A DNA stretch of 64,000 nt from Selaginella moellendorffii (GCF_000143415.4 NW_003314294.1:243402-307401); one strand, 5' to 3'; shown: positions 1-13,908, counted from the first letter of the stretch. Numbers and translations are program-made. Notes: generated by a model not told the origin, from the sequence alone.

Positions 1-229
1 TTGCTTCCAATCCACGCTCCAGCGCCGTAGAATCTCTTCCGGGCTTGAGGTATTTCCTATACCTTTATTTCTATTGTTCCCAGGAAAACTTAAAAAGTAC
101 AAAAAAAAAAAATTTGAATAGCAAAAATCATTTCATGTTTCCATATTTCCTTGCCAAGAGCCGTGCATGCAGAGCTCCAAATCGCTAGCATTGGAATAGG
201 CACTCAGAACCGCTGGTGCCTCCATTCTA

Positions 230-960
230 TCTGCTTGTAGAGCTCTCGGTTCCTGCCGTGTTAAGTGTAGGCCACAACCAAAGCGTGAGCTCACTTTCCA
301 GAAAACTCACCTGGCCACGTCAAGTTCGTTGGATGAGAGCCCGTTCTTGTTGGACTGAGCTCGTGAAGCTTGATCCCGAGTTTTAGCAGCTGGAGCAGCG
401 ATCATAGTGTTCCAGGAGACCATACTCTTGTCAAACACAGCCGCCTCCCAGGTATCACCGCAACTTCACTCCCAGCAGTCTTGTGCTTCGAAAACCTCGC
501 CAGGCCGACTCCCCCAAACTCGCCATACATGATCACCATGGCAGTGGTGGCTTCTCTTTCCAACCTCTCGATGATCCAGCAGCAAACTTCAACAAGCATT
601 GAAAACCCTGGCAAAGGTGACTTCGTCGGGCTCTTCTTGAAGAGCACTTTCTGGGCCTCTCCTTGCCGAGCACAAGCATTGATCATAGCGTTCCAGGGGG
701 ACCACGTTCTTGTCAAACACAGCCGCCTAGAGCACCGCGCTCACAAGTGCGATCTGATATGCCCGCCCTGGGAATATGTAGTGATCATCGAGTTCCACCA
801 TATCACATTGTTGTTCTCGATCTGCCTCTTGCAGCCCACGGGGGGCAAACAGCATGAAGTCGGCGGGATTCGCACTGATCATGCCTGCTCTTGATGAATG
901 CTGCGATGATGAAGTTCCAGAAGTGGTTCTTCACGATGGCGTCGTTGACATATGAGCATA
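230..960 (-). pseudogene. Degenerate PLS-class pentatricopeptide repeat (PPR) gene fragments
   Basis: Minus-strand frames give PPR-like pieces (WNAMINACARQGEA, MYGEFGGV, FWNFIIAAF). A ~47-bp unit recurs at ~400 and ~681. Frameshifted. Confidence 0.7.
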
Positions 961-1029
961 CTGATTCGGAAGAATCTACTCTAGAATATACCTGTTTTCT
1001 ATGAAGCATATTCTTCATTGTCTTTTCCT

Positions 1030-2315
1030 AATACAGTCTATTCCACTAAATAAAGAGCCCTTTAGACAAACCACATACTATAAAATTAGGAAAGTAAATT
1101 AATACTAAATTATCCACTTTATACTTTGTAAGTGGATGATGATAGGAGTTGTAGTTTCGTTATCCATGTATACATGGCTTAAGTATTCAATAACTTTACT
1201 CAAAGTAGTGGATGGATGCTCATCAAATACAAATCCCAAGACTTAGCATTAGCAGCTTGTAGGAATCGCAAAGGTAAACTTAAGTCCATTAATAGTATTA
1301 TATTATGACCATATAAATTTTTTTATAGTGAGGCACTAATAAAACTTTGTACTTTTGTGACATATATATATCGAAAAGATGGTAAATAACCATTCTAATT
1401 TGATTGTTGAAAGTTTATGTCCTTCACAATCATCCCTTAAAATTGAAACACATTTGGGCTAACACAACTTTAAAACTAATATCAAAAACATCCACACAAT
1501 TAGGATACATCAAAACTAAAGGAGTCATTAATAACTCCTTTGTGATGCAGAAATGCCCATTTAAAGTCATTAGACTAAATAAAAGATGGTGCTTTAGCAA
1601 TAGTCACAATAGTGCAGTACGATTAAAAATATGATCAATAAATAACTAAATTATTGCACATTTCTCAAGAACTATTGCATATTATTCATATATTTATAGT
1701 GAATAAACTCTATAATCCTTGGTTCTCCCAGCAGCTACACTGCTAATTTGGTAGACTATATCTACAACCACAATATTATCCAAAACACTCATAAATAATG
1801 TATATTTCTACCCTTAAATTTGAAATTGTATATATTGAGCATCCATGTATGTGTTTCCTCTTGTGGAGCATCCATGGATGAAGATATCCATTTGTGGCAC
1901 ACAATATAAGTAGATGACTAATTACCTCACATGGAATAGCTAATGTATACAATAGAAGAATTGGTAAATTATGAAAATAGAGGTGTTAGTTCCCCTTGGC
2001 TTAATAGGGGTTATGGGATGTAGTACAAGTGGATGATTAGATGTCTCACATGGAATAACTAATTTATATAATTAAAAAATTAGTAAATTGGGGAAATAGA
2101 GGTGTTAATTCCTTTTGGCTCAATAAGGATTATTAGTCAATAATCAATAAAAACATTAATATCTCTGAAGGGGATGATAATTTGGGCTTTCTTATTAAGT
2201 GAGAGAGATAAAGTGTATTACAATGGCATTACCTACTTAAATACTTTGTATGACTCATCAAAACCTCACTCAAGCCACATAACTAACACACTCTAGTGGC
2301 AAAAGGTGGGAGGAA
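1030..2315. repeat. Dispersed TE-derived repeat, diverged inverted copy of ~12400-13722; includes a degenerate relative of the 21.5-kb TRIM
   Basis: Reverse-complement matches by eye: 1041-1190 vs 13561-13720, and 2280-2312 vs 12401-12435. Confidence 0.8.
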
Positions 2316-2999
2316 TGCCCATGAAGCTTACTTTAAGCCATAGTGTTTCAAAATATTATCCCAAAATCTCAAACTATAAAAAACAAAAAGAATGGTTATT
2401 TTTGTTTAGTGATCAAGGATATAGTTACATGATGAAAAAGTCCCAAAAGTTAGTGGGACTAGTGGTTAGGCCTTTGACTCATTGGTGGTTCTAGCAAGCA
2501 TTGCCATGGATGGAAAAGGATTTGGTGGGGATCAAAAAAGTGATATTCTTTCGTTTATTCAAATATTGCATTACAGTTTCCTTTAAGGTGTATTAGTTAA
2601 TGTTTTTTATTTGAAATTTTTATATTATAAAAAAAATTATTACCAAATGATTTATTCTATTCCACTATTTCTCTTCTTGATAAGTAAGTGCTAAGTACAT
2701 TAAGATATGATGATGTTAAAAAGTATATAGAGTTAAAACTCACTATCTTAAATTATTATAAGATTAAGAAGCATAATCTTTATCATGGTCTTATGGAGTT
2801 TAGTGTTTCATCTTCTTAGGCTAACAGTCATGAAATCATATGATACTAAGTGAAAATGTTATCTTTTATGTTAATAATAAAGCTATTCTATTTTTACTTA
2901 GCAACTATTATTACAAACAAAAATAAAAAATATTTGATAAATATTTTACTACTATATTTATCTTTTAAAACTAAATTTTAATTATTTTGTTGTGGTGGA

Positions 3000-3700
3000 T
3001 CTTTTATATCTAGCCTCTAATGGTTAAGACAGATGCAAGTGATATTGCTATTGAAGCCATCTTGCTTCAAGTCGGGCATCCTCTTACATATATGAGCCAT
3101 AAGTTTGATGCTATACAGTGGAATTGGCCTACTCAAGATAAAGAGTTATATATTGTGATCATTACTGTGAAGGAATGGTGACATTATTTGAACTTTCATA
3201 TGAATTCAAGTCATCAATCTCTCTAGTGTTTCAGTCAATAAAAGGATTTTTGAGGGTGCCTTGCTCATTAGCAAGAGTTCCTACAAAAAGTGTCTATTAA
3301 CATCTGGTACAAGAATAGAAGTGATAATAAGATGGCTAATGCATTCTCCTAGATGGTAAATTCTATCTTGTTTGTGAAGCTATTCAGCAATCTCTTATAT
3401 GAGCTTAAGGAGTTTTTTTAATTTAACCATTTTATCACTGATATTTGTGTGAAGGTTTTATTAAGGGATGCCTCTACAGATTTTGAAGGGTGACAAATTT
3501 GCATCATTCGAAATATAAAATGGAATCCTAGTGAAGAAGGGATTTATAATGGTTCCTCGTGTGAATAAACTTATCAAACAGATTTTGGTTGAGTGTTATG
3601 ATATGTTAAGTGCTAAGCATCTGAGAGTACTGAGAATGTATAGTTGGTGAAGAGGCCATTTATCAAAGGCTGTTGTACGTGGTTGGGTCATAAGGAAAAT
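3000..3700 (+). mobile_element. Degenerate Ty3/gypsy pol fragment (RNase H, start of integrase)
   Basis: ~3031-3150 translates DASDIAIEAILLQVGHPLTYMSHKFDAIQWNWPTQDKELY, a Ty3 RNase H motif. Downstream sequence is broken by stops. Confidence 0.8.
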
Positions 3701-3983
3701 GACACCAAGAATATTCCGTAGTCAGTGGGATTTAAAGTCATAACACCTTAAAGGTTGGGAGGTTGGCCTAGGATTCTCTCTTTTGTTCGTTTCACCACTG
3801 CAGGCTGCTTTTTATGCCCAAGCACTAGTCCTATAAAATGTTGATAAGATTTTCAAGCTTCTTAAGAGGTGATATCTCTTCATCCATACTAGTAACCAAA
3901 AGTCACAAAAAATGTTGGATTTATAGTGATTTTTTTGACAATACATAATTTTAAACAATTTTAAGTCTCAATATGAAAGAATA

Positions 3984-5104
3984 TTAAACACATTCTTTCA
4001 CTTTGATGTTTCCAATCAAAACAAAGACAATGTTGGAAAATTTGTCACGTCCAGTGTGTTTTTGGGGGAAGATATATGAAATCATAGTTTCCAAATCCAC
4101 AACAAAAGGGTGAAGCTTTGGGCAAGCTTGTTTGGACTAGAAACACCTCAAGCTTCCAATAATGTGCTTTTCATATTCTTCCTGCTTAGCTATGGCAACT
4201 TTTGTTAACAATTTCCATTCATTTGGATCTGGATAAAATATCCTCTTGAAACAAAAATCAGATGTTTTTGGTGTCACTCTTCCCACCAAGACATAAGCCA
4301 GAGCCAGGAATACCATACCACAAAAAACTTACTTCCAGGCCATCTGGTAAGTCGTGTGGAACCGAGGATGAGGCATTGGCATCGTCAGAATTACTGAAGA
4401 TCCACTCTGCTGCATGCTCTGTGCGACCACCCTTTCTTCACAATGACCTCAAGCATCATTCGCCCTCATAATAGAAGTCCCTAGGATAACTCCTTATCTC
4501 CTTTTGTTCTGAAATTCTCCATTCATGACCCACTGTCTGAAAACAATAGAATGGACAGGTGCGCCACCGCTTCAAGTCAGGGGTATACATCACAGCGTTA
4601 TCCCAGAAACACTTGTTGATAACAATAATTGCATAACTTTCCCTCTCAGAGCATAGCTCTATTCCAGAGCTTAAAATCCCGTCATTTATCTGAGAATCAG
4701 TGGTGAAAAGCATTTTGTCAATGGCAGGCCATTGCTTGAGCACAGGATTACCAACATAGAGCTTTGTTCTAGAACGTAAGAACACCATCCCTTGGTTAGT
4801 ACCCAAAACTTGGTCCTTGAAATCTGGGAACGGGTCATCTAAGAAGGGACCTGAGAGTGGACACCAAGCTTTGAGAGCGTTGTTAACATACGTGAGAATC
4901 CAAACCCCCGAATCCATTGTAGCTCAACTAAGAGTTGAGATTATAAAATCTATAGAATTTACAATTCTTTTCATATCAACATCATTTGTGCTTAGATTTG
5001 AAGTTTGGTGATTGAACGATATCTCTCCAAGTCTTACACACACTGCTTGCACACACTGCACTAGATGCGATATAATCTCCCACAAGATGCTCACTGGAGG
5101 CCAT
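3984..5104 (-). pseudogene. F-box protein pseudogene, paralog of the 44.2-kb and 52.5-kb genes
   Basis: Pieces ILWEIISHL..VCKTWRDIVQSPNFK, MDSGVWILTYVNNALKAWCPLSG and HPFVVDLET..FPQKH.RDKFSN match the intact paralogs. Interrupted by stops and frameshifts. Confidence 0.85.
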
Positions 5105-5799
5105 AAAGAAAAAATATTGTGGTAAATTAGAACACAAGTTTATGAGGTTTAGTATAACATTTAACAGATTGATCCTCTAGAAATTGTGCATGTCCAACAG
5201 CTAAAGTGCTTCATATAAGTTAAACTTTGGAACAAATTTGAAAATTTATTAAATATGAAATGGTGCTAAAATTGTAATCATATCTATATTTCATAAATAT
5301 GCCTCTCTTGCATATATAAACACTTACCATAAATAGCATATAGGACCAAAACAATACTAACATATAAAGCATGATAGTGAGGGTGTCTTTATAAATACAG
5401 TAATGTATCATATAGCAATATTAAGGACTGGACTCAATATATAACATATATAAGTCAAAGATATATAGCAAAAGAGAATTAAAAGTCAAACCAAGTATGC
5501 TCAATAGAAAACAACACATATGAATTATTACTTTATATTTATCTAGCTAAGTACATATGCTAAACCCAATTAACTACCATTTGGACAAAAGGGGCTAATA
5601 AAGGAACTAACAGTATCCATTGTGGTAGTAAAGAGAGGGTGTTAACCTGATAAGTACATTTTTAGAAAAAAATAAAGTTTTCTTGGATTGAGAGGATTAA
5701 GATTAGATACTAGTAGTTTACATAAGTATGATTAAAATTATTACAAATATTGCTACTAAAACCTAACTCCTTTTGCTACAAGTTTTCAATGGGATCCAG

Positions 5800-7270
5800 C
5801 ATAATCTGTGGCATCCTGGATCACAATACTACAGAATAATCTGGACAGAGAAACTCTTGAAGCTTATCACGAGGTGGCGCAAGTCCATTCTGTCCAGAAG
5901 CTACAGTGGTGTGATCGCTGCAAGCTTGCGAGAGGATGGAGGCAAAGATCATCACAGCCTACGCTCACCATGGCTATGGCATCGAGATGCTGTGGAGCCG
6001 AAGTTCCTGTGCATCACGGGGATAGACGAGGCTATGGAGCTGGATCGACAGGACAGTGCTCCACACGTGCTACTCTCTCAGGGTGTCACATCATCCAAAG
6101 TAAAAAGTGAGGGCAGATCTCTCGATCCCAGCATGCGGGTTGTGCGCACCAACAAACTCGATCCTCAGACGAGCCACACCAACCATACGGGTAGCTTTCT
6201 AAGCCCATCTTCAGTTCTTGCCCTAATTTCTCCATCTCCACCATCTTCATCCTGCGTGGTACCATAGGTGGAAGTGAGGATGGGAGTGATGTTGAGCCTC
6301 CATCCATGGATTTAGTTTGGGAGACATGGGATTGGGGTAGCGAAGAGCCATGGTTGGAGTCTCCCACAGAAAACACACCAAGGTCTCAAGTGCAAACACC
6401 ATCTCCATGGCCAGCTCCACTTTCGACATAGTGTCCAGCACCATCTCTGGCACCTGCTCCAGCACTGCATTCGGCACCAGCTCCGGCACTAGTTGTGGCA
6501 CTGCGTCGAACATTAGCTCTTACACCAGCTCCAGGACAACCAGTGTTGGAGGTATTTCCCATCCCACTCTTGCCGAATATGAACAATCGAGCAACGAACT
6601 TGACGGGATTCTCTCGAAAGTGAGAGCTCACGACGTGGTCTCCTGGGCGGCCTTGATCGTGGCCTACACTCAGCACAGGAGGAATCAAGCAGCCGGACAA
6701 GGTGACTCTTAGCAGCGTTCTGACTCATCAACAAGCTTGTGCTGGATCCATCTCTCGTCATGCCGACTTTCCCAAACTTGCCGTACATGGTCGCAGAGGC
6801 CACGGACACATTGGCTTCCAGGTGAGAGCCTCGAATGCGCTTCTTTCCCACCTCTCGAAAAGCTCCAGCGCTCGGCCCTCGCAACGTCCAGCCTGCACGT
6901 ACATGCTCACAAGCGCGTTCTCCGGCCTTCTTCCAGATCCCTCAAGCTGGAGCAAGCGCCAAGGACGCTGGAGAGAGTAGCGATGTCGGGCTTGATCCCC
7001 GCCGAGTCCATGCTCCTAAACATCTCGATCGCCTTGCAGCCAACGCCATCCAGGTCTTCCACGCCCTCCCGCGAAGAAGCCTCTTCTCCTGGAACTTCAT
7101 CATCGCGGCATTCGCCAAGAACAGGCACGTCGACGCTGAGGAGGTGATTGCCGAGGAATCCATCGATGGCGACAATGTGGGCGTGGATTCGCCGGTAGGT
7201 CTGCCGCATTAGGAGCGCGGCGTAGGTCTGACGCACCTGGAAGGGCGACTGGAATTGATCGTCGTCGAGG
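5800..7270. pseudogene. Mosaic of PPR fragments (both strands) and a Pro-rich AGP-like fragment
   Basis: Contains IITAYAHHGYG, KVRAHDVVSWAALIVAY and AIEMFRSMDSAGIKPDIATLSSVLGACSSL. ~6375-6570 reads PSPWPAP..PAPSLAPAPA..TPAPGQP. Confidence 0.7.
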
Positions 7271-7794
7271 GTTTATAGTGGATATGCTAGGAATATGCTA
7301 GTGAAAGTCTTTTATACTTCTTTGATTTGATTTTTTGTATCTTTTGGTACGCTGTAAGAATTCATTGGGATGATCAGTCACACAGGAACCAGCCAGCCAC
7401 ATCCTTCTCCCACTCTCCAATGCATCTAGAATGAAAATCACCAAAGCTTTTGGCTATGGCTCATCTTCTTGATTTACATTCTCTGTGGGCATTCCTTGAC
7501 TAATTTTGTTTAGTCATATTAATGCAACCGAATTGAGGAATCACAACTATTACATTAAGGAATATCGTAGTTGGATATTCTAAGTATATAACTTCAAATG
7601 CTGAAACTATTGGAACGTACACGGAAGGGCATGTTGAATGTTGAATATTGAATGTTGAAATGTTGAATGTTTTCACGGGCTTTTACGTGTTTTCCATGCT
7701 TCCAATCCCGAACCTCTCAAACGTAAACCCTTACATGCATATCGTATGGGGCCCGTCATCTTTACAGGGTCGGCCCGAAGCTAAAACTTTCAGT

Positions 7795-7801
7795 ATATAA
7801 G
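7795..7801 (+). promoter_or_regulatory. Putative TATA box of papain copy 1
   Basis: TATATAAG lies ~35 bp upstream of the ATG and is conserved in all three copies. Confidence 0.5.
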
Positions 7802-7831
7802 CTCACTCGTGCAGCTGCGAAGCAATCATCC

Positions 7832-9057
7832 ATGGCGAGCAACATGATAGCTTTGATCTTGATCTTGCTGGTGGTGGTAGGGGCAGCACCGTTTGCGATT
7901 GCGCGGCCAGCGGCTCTGGAAGGCGATCGCGCTCTAGAGATCAAGAACATGTTCGAGGGTTGGGCTGCCAAGCACGGCAAGAGTTACAGCAGCGACTGGG
8001 AGAAGGCTCGCAGGCTGATGATCTTCTCCGACACTTTGGCGTACATCGAGAAGCACAACGCGCTGCCCAACACCACCTTCACGCTCGGCCTCAACAAGTT
8101 CTCGGATCTCACAAATGCCGAGTTCCGAGCCAATTACGTCGGCAAATTCAAGCCCCCGCGCTACCAGGATCGCCGCCCGGCCAAGGACGTGGACGTGGAC
8201 GTGTCGAGCCTCCCGACGAGCTTGGATTGGAGGCAGGAGGGAGCTGTGACACCGATTAAAGATCAGGGCCAGTGCGGTATGATAAGAACTCGTCGTTTTT
8301 TTTGTTTTTTTTTTCTAATCTCTCTTCTATTTGGCCTTTGTGGGTGTGGGTGATTCGCATGATCCACAGGGAGCTGCTGGGCTTTCTCGGCGATTGCATC
8401 GATCGAGAGTGCACACTTTCTGGCGACGAAGGAGCTCGTTTCTCTGTCCGAGCAGCAATTGATAGACTGTGACACGGTAGACCAAGGATGCCAGGGTGGG
8501 TTTCCGGAGGATGCGTTTAAGTTCGTGGTGGAAAACGGTGGTGTCACCACGGAGGAGGCCTATCCATATACGGGATTTGCAGGCAGTTGCAACGCGAACA
8601 AGGTTGGTATACTTCACTAATTATTTCATATTATAGCTGTTTTTTGTTCTTTAAAGAATAAGGTGGTGGAGATCACTGGTTATAAAGACGTCACAAAGGA
8701 CAGTGCTGACGCCCTGATGAAAGCAGTCTCCAAAACTCCCGTGACCGTTGGCATCTGCGGCAGCGACCAAAACTTCCAGAATTACAGAAGTGTAAGAAAA
8801 TCTCAAATATTATTTCTATTTATTTCTAACTTAATTACATCGTTTTCCAGGGAATTCTTTCTGGTCACTGCAGCAATTCGCGGGATCATGCGGTCTTGGT
8901 CATTGGATATGGAACCGAAGGTGGGATGCCCTACTGGATCATCAAAAACTCGTGGGGAACTTCCTGGGGGGAGGATGGATTCATGAGAATCAAGAAAGAG
9001 GATGGAGAAGGGATGTGTGGGATGAACGGACAGTCATCATACCCCACTACTTCGTAA
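7832..9057 (+). CDS. Papain-like cysteine protease (C1A) with signal peptide and I29 prodomain, copy 1; exons 7832-8276, 8370-8602, 8657-8791, 8851-9057
   Basis: ERFNIN-like and GLNKFSD prodomain motifs, LPTSLDWR, and catalytic [21 protein letters not shown] and [12 protein letters not shown] introns of 93, 54 and 59 bp keep the frame. Confidence 0.95.
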
Positions 9058-9911
9058 AATAACCACTTTATAATCCAAACTTTATATTAATATATCAATT
9101 ATACACTGCCATCACAATACATTAGCAACTAGTGAAATTTGCTCTTTTGACTATGATATGCAGTAGATCCAGAGCTAGGTATAGCCACAGCATCACGATC
9201 TAGGGAGAGCTGCAGGCTTGCAGCAGCAAACAGTCATGATTGAGAGTTACAGTGGATACACCTACAGGCAAACCAAAGTACAAGTATCTTTTTATCACTA
9301 TATATTGGTCATTACATTCATGTGGACTTACGCATATAAAAACCTAAAAAAATTTAAAATATGAGAGAGCTGAAGATGCCAAAACACTTCAAAGTTTTCT
9401 AAATGGAATTTGAAGAAAATATTTTAGGGGGGTGTGATATGTATTTGAGAAGAAAATCACAAATATATTACAAGATTCTTCAATAAGTAGTTCAAAAGTT
9501 TAATTGCAGTATCTTGTTTTGAAATATTCTGTTTATTAAATAGTTTACTGATGCAGTAATGCTTGGTTTGCTTAACAATAGTGCTTACTGTTTAATAATC
9601 TAACTGTAAATTTTAAATACAAGATTAATCTTATTATTTATCAACCATTAGATGTTAAAATAAATGAAACATACTTGGAAGTAATTAGTAATGTTTATAA
9701 ATTATAAACATATTTATAAATTATAAATTCAATATTAATCTAAATGAATAAATTAATTTGAAAATATAATAAAATACACTTGAAAGCTCTGTAGCAAAGT
9801 CAGGCTTATGAGATCCAAATGTACAGCTAGAATATAATATCTGTATAGTGGGACTTTGATAGCTGTTTGATTCACTCTTATATATAAGTTAGGGTTTTTG
9901 GGTTAATATTA

Positions 9912-9916
<5 letters not shown>

Positions 9917-9953
<37 letters not shown>
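9917..9953. repeat. (TA)n microsatellite, duplicated at ~18525-18562
   Basis: Seen directly. Confidence 0.95.
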
Positions 9954-9956
<3 letters not shown>

Positions 9957-10339
9957 CATGCACTCATATTGGTGGAGTTGAAGGGCAACTTTAATTATTT
10001 TTGCCAAAGTAATAGCCTCCTCATTTTTTGACTATAAAGTAGCAAATGCTTAATATGACATGATTTCCATTAAAAAATTAGACACAGTTGATGGGAGTAT
10101 TTATTATATGGCTCTTCCTACTTTTGTTACTAATCCTCACATTAGGCTAGAGTTCTTCCTTGGTATAATATAAATTATTAGTTTGATCACTTTACAATGA
10201 TTGCCATTTATTATTCTTGGGATGATGTATAGTGTTTATGTGAGTTTCCCACATATCTTTAATGGACAACATTGTAGTGGTACAATAGTTTATAAGTAAC
10301 CACTAATGCAGATTAAAACTTTTTTCTAGATGTCTTTAA

Positions 10340-11790
10340 GTACACATTTTGGACATTCATTTGGCTTTTGCTTTGGCCACTACCATATAGCACCCTTTTG
10401 GCTCTACTTTGGGGTTTAGGGATTTGTGTCTTACAACTCCATCACCTATACACGAAGTTTGATGTTTTCATTAAACGATAAACCATTTTATAAAGTAACA
10501 CTAGCATATATTACCTTTTCTATCCTTAGCACTAAACCAATGTTCATTAATTGTTTGAAACCAAAGGCTCACCATGCCTTTCCTATCGTCTAAGGAGTAT
10601 AATATCTCAAACTTAGAGATTCATTAGGCCACTTATGGGAGTCCTTCCCCTTTCCTTTGTTTAGTTTATGCTAAACTCATTATAGACACCTAATTTGAGT
10701 ACTCATGTTAATGATTCTAATAATACTTTTTAGCAACTGCATATTCTCTATCTAAGGCTGTTTGAGTCAATTATGCAATTTAGTATTTGCTTTCAAAGCC
10801 TTTAACTTCATGTGAAACAAATATGTCAGAGTGGATTAAGTTGGGAATATTATGGTTAATGCTTTATCAAGATTTCGTGAGATTTGTGTATACACTTGCC
10901 CCAACCACCTTTGACAATACTCTTCAATTGACATAATATTATGAGATATCACCTCTTTTATTTATCATTACACATACGTCATTTCCACTCCATGTGGGAG
11001 ATGATCTTATTCCAATGGAGGTTGACATTACTTCTGCCCGTATTCAAGGACAAGTGTAAAGACGTGGTTGTGGCTATGGTCGTGATGTTCACTACTAAAC
11101 ATATGATGAAATTAGCCATAAGTATTAGTGTTGTTGGCATTTTCTAGATTGGCATCTTTTATTTTTTAGGTGGAAGTTTAGCGCAAATAACATTCTGTTG
11201 GCACTACTACAATAACACATAGACTCTTCTAGAATGCATGTGTAGTGGATGGTCCTTGTGTGAATAAATAAATGACCACTCTATCTTTTTAAAATAAGAG
11301 GTCCTTTATTATCCTCTCTATATTAGTTAATATAGGCTTGAATTTATCTTCTATCATTAGGCACATTATCATCTATAATTATATCATGCACTTGAGTTAG
11401 TCTTCTTTTTCTATGGCAACAGCTATACACATGCACATGCACAGGATGAAGCAAACCTAGTTGTGCATATGTTTGAGTTTCAATTATCACAGATGGTGTT
11501 GAGTCAATCTTTTGACATCATCTTGGTATAAATTAATTGTAACACAATCATACCATTCCTCTCACTTCTATTCTATTTCATCCCTTTACTTTTATATTTG
11601 CTTTTATGACTTTTGTCTTTTTATTTATTTCTATTATGTTTTGTTTTTGCTATTTTATTCCCTCTTCAAATCCCTTAGATAGTGACAATCTTTGTGTTAT
11701 AGCAATTGATTAGCTCAAGAAAGAGTATGTTAATTTCTTTGATTTTGACTTGTCATCTGTAGCCAAGATTGCAATACATAATCCTACTCC
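10340..11790 (-). mobile_element. Degenerate LTR retrotransposon remnant (gag-like region, PPT, LTR start related to the 20128 LTR)
   Basis: Minus strand reads aggtgatggagt-TGTAAGACACAAATCCCTAAACCCCAAAG at ~10447-10350, similar to 20128-20210. Weak gag-like translation (KQRKGE). Confidence 0.5.
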
Positions 11791-12399
11791 AACTAGGGAT
11801 GCTTGTTCAATCAAAGTTTTTATTCGGTGTCTATCACTAAATAAAATAAAAAATTTTATACATAAATGTCAAGAAGATGTTAGAGAAAGGTGTTATCTAG
11901 AATTTTCAAAGTCCTTAGGTATATAAATCTCATTTTGTAATGAAGTATAATGGGAGTATTTTGTTTTAAAGTTCCCTATTATGATAGGTTATCTAAAATT
12001 CCTTACTCTAAAATATGTGAATGATATATAGTACTTCCTAGGCAATGTGCAATATTTCAGTCATTTTGTTGATCAATTTTTTAATTATATTGCACTATTG
12101 TGAGCATTGCTAAAGTCATTAACATCATCTTTTATTTGGCTTTGAACTATGAATGGGCATTTGCATATCTCAAAAAGTTGTTAATGACTTTTGCATGAAG
12201 TTTGGCATTATTGTAGTATATCAATTGGCTACTGCAAGGATATAAGTATGCTAATTGGTATTTAGATTAGGCTTAGACCTAGATTAGATGCAAAACAAAG
12301 GCAAATATGCAAGCAAGAGCTAAATTATACCTTAAGTTGATCAACTATGCCTAACCTACTTATTATCCCTACTATCCCGACTACAAAAATAATCACTCT

Positions 12400-13722
12400 A
12401 CTCCTCCCACCTTTTGCCACTAGAGTGTGTTAGTTATGTGGCTTTGAGTGAGGTTTTGATGAGTCATACAAAGTATTTAAGTAGGTAATACTATTGTAAT
12501 GCACCCTATCTCTCTCCCCTTAAGCCCACTGGAAAAGAGGCAATTACTTAATAAGAAAGTCTAAATCATCATCCCCTTTAGAGATGTCAATTTCCTCATT
12601 GATTATTGACTAATAATCCTTATTGAGCCGAAGGGAACTAACATCTCTATTCCCCCAATCTAATAATCTTTCCATTATATAAATTAGTTATTCTATGTGA
12701 GGCATCTAATCATCCACTTGTACTATATCTCACAACCTCTATTAAACCAAAGGGAACTAACACCTCTACTTTCATAATCTACCAATTCTTCTATTGTATA
12801 GACTAGCTATTCCATGTGAGGCAACCAATTATCTATTTATATTGCATCCCACAAATGGATATCTTCATTCATGGATGCTCTATATGAGGAAAGATATATA
12901 CATGGATGCTCAATATATACAATTCCAAATTTAGGGGTAGGAATATACCTTGCTTATGAGTGCTTTGGATAATTTTGTGGCTGCAAACATAGTCTAGCAA
13001 GCTAGACTAACAGTGCAACCACTGGGAGAACCAAGGACTATAAAGTTTATTCACTATAAGTGTATGAATGATATGCAATAGTTCTTGAGAAATGTGCAAT
13101 AACTTGGTTATTTATTGATCATATTTTTAATCATACTGCACTATTCTTACTATTGCTAAAGTCATCAACGCTATCTTTCATTTAGTCTAATGACTTTAAA
13201 TAGGCATTTCTGCATCACAAAAGAGTTATTAATGACTCCTTTAGTTTTGATATATTTTAATTTTATGGATGTTTTTATTTTAGTTTCAAAATTGTATTAG
13301 CCCAAGTGTGTTTGGATCTTAAGGGATGATTGTGAAGGACATAAACTTTCAACATTCAAATTAAGATAGTTATTTACCATCTTTTCAATATATATATATC
13401 ACAGAAGTATAGAGTTTTATTAGTGTCTCACCATAAAAACTGTTATATGGTCATAATACGATACTATTAATAGAGTTAAGTTTACCTTTGCGATTTTACA
13501 AGCTACCAATGCTAGGTCTTAAGATTTGTATTTAATGAGCATTCATCCACTACTTTGAGTAAAATTGTTGAATACTTAAGCCATGTATACATGGACAACA
13601 ACGACATTACAACTCACATCATCATCTATTTACAAAGTATAAAGTGGATAATCTAATGTTAATTCATTTTCCCAGTATGTGGTTTGTCTAAAGGGCTTCT
13701 TATTTAGTGGAACAGACCGTAT
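12400..13722. repeat. TE-derived repeat (inverted partner of 1030-2315) containing a decayed TRIM at ~12496-12960
   Basis: tgtaatgcaccctatctctctccccttaagcc and the internal sequence resemble the TRIM at 21511-22185. Confidence 0.75.
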
Positions 13723-13908
13723 TAAATATCATGGTAAATTGGACCACAAGTTTATAAGGTTTAGTATAACATTCAACAGGTTGAGCCTCTAGAAATTGTG
13801 CATGTGCAATAGCTAAAGTGCTTCATATAGATTAGTCTTTGGAGCAAATTTGAAAATTTATTAAATATGAAATGGTGCTAAAATTGTGATCATGGTATTT
13901 AAGACACT

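Larger units (their letters stand above)
5283..10113 (+). repeat. Segmental duplication copy A (near-identical to 13909-18723; 6290-9250 also inverted at 47090-50120)
   Basis: The ORF track repeats at an offset of 8627/8597. Only a few SNPs and indels are visible. Confidence 0.95.

Noticed and set aside
5773-7236. Numerous 60-160 aa ORFs as real genes
   Set aside because: Frameshifted PPR and Pro-rich debris. Their recurrence at 14.4-15.9 kb reflects recent duplication, not selection.
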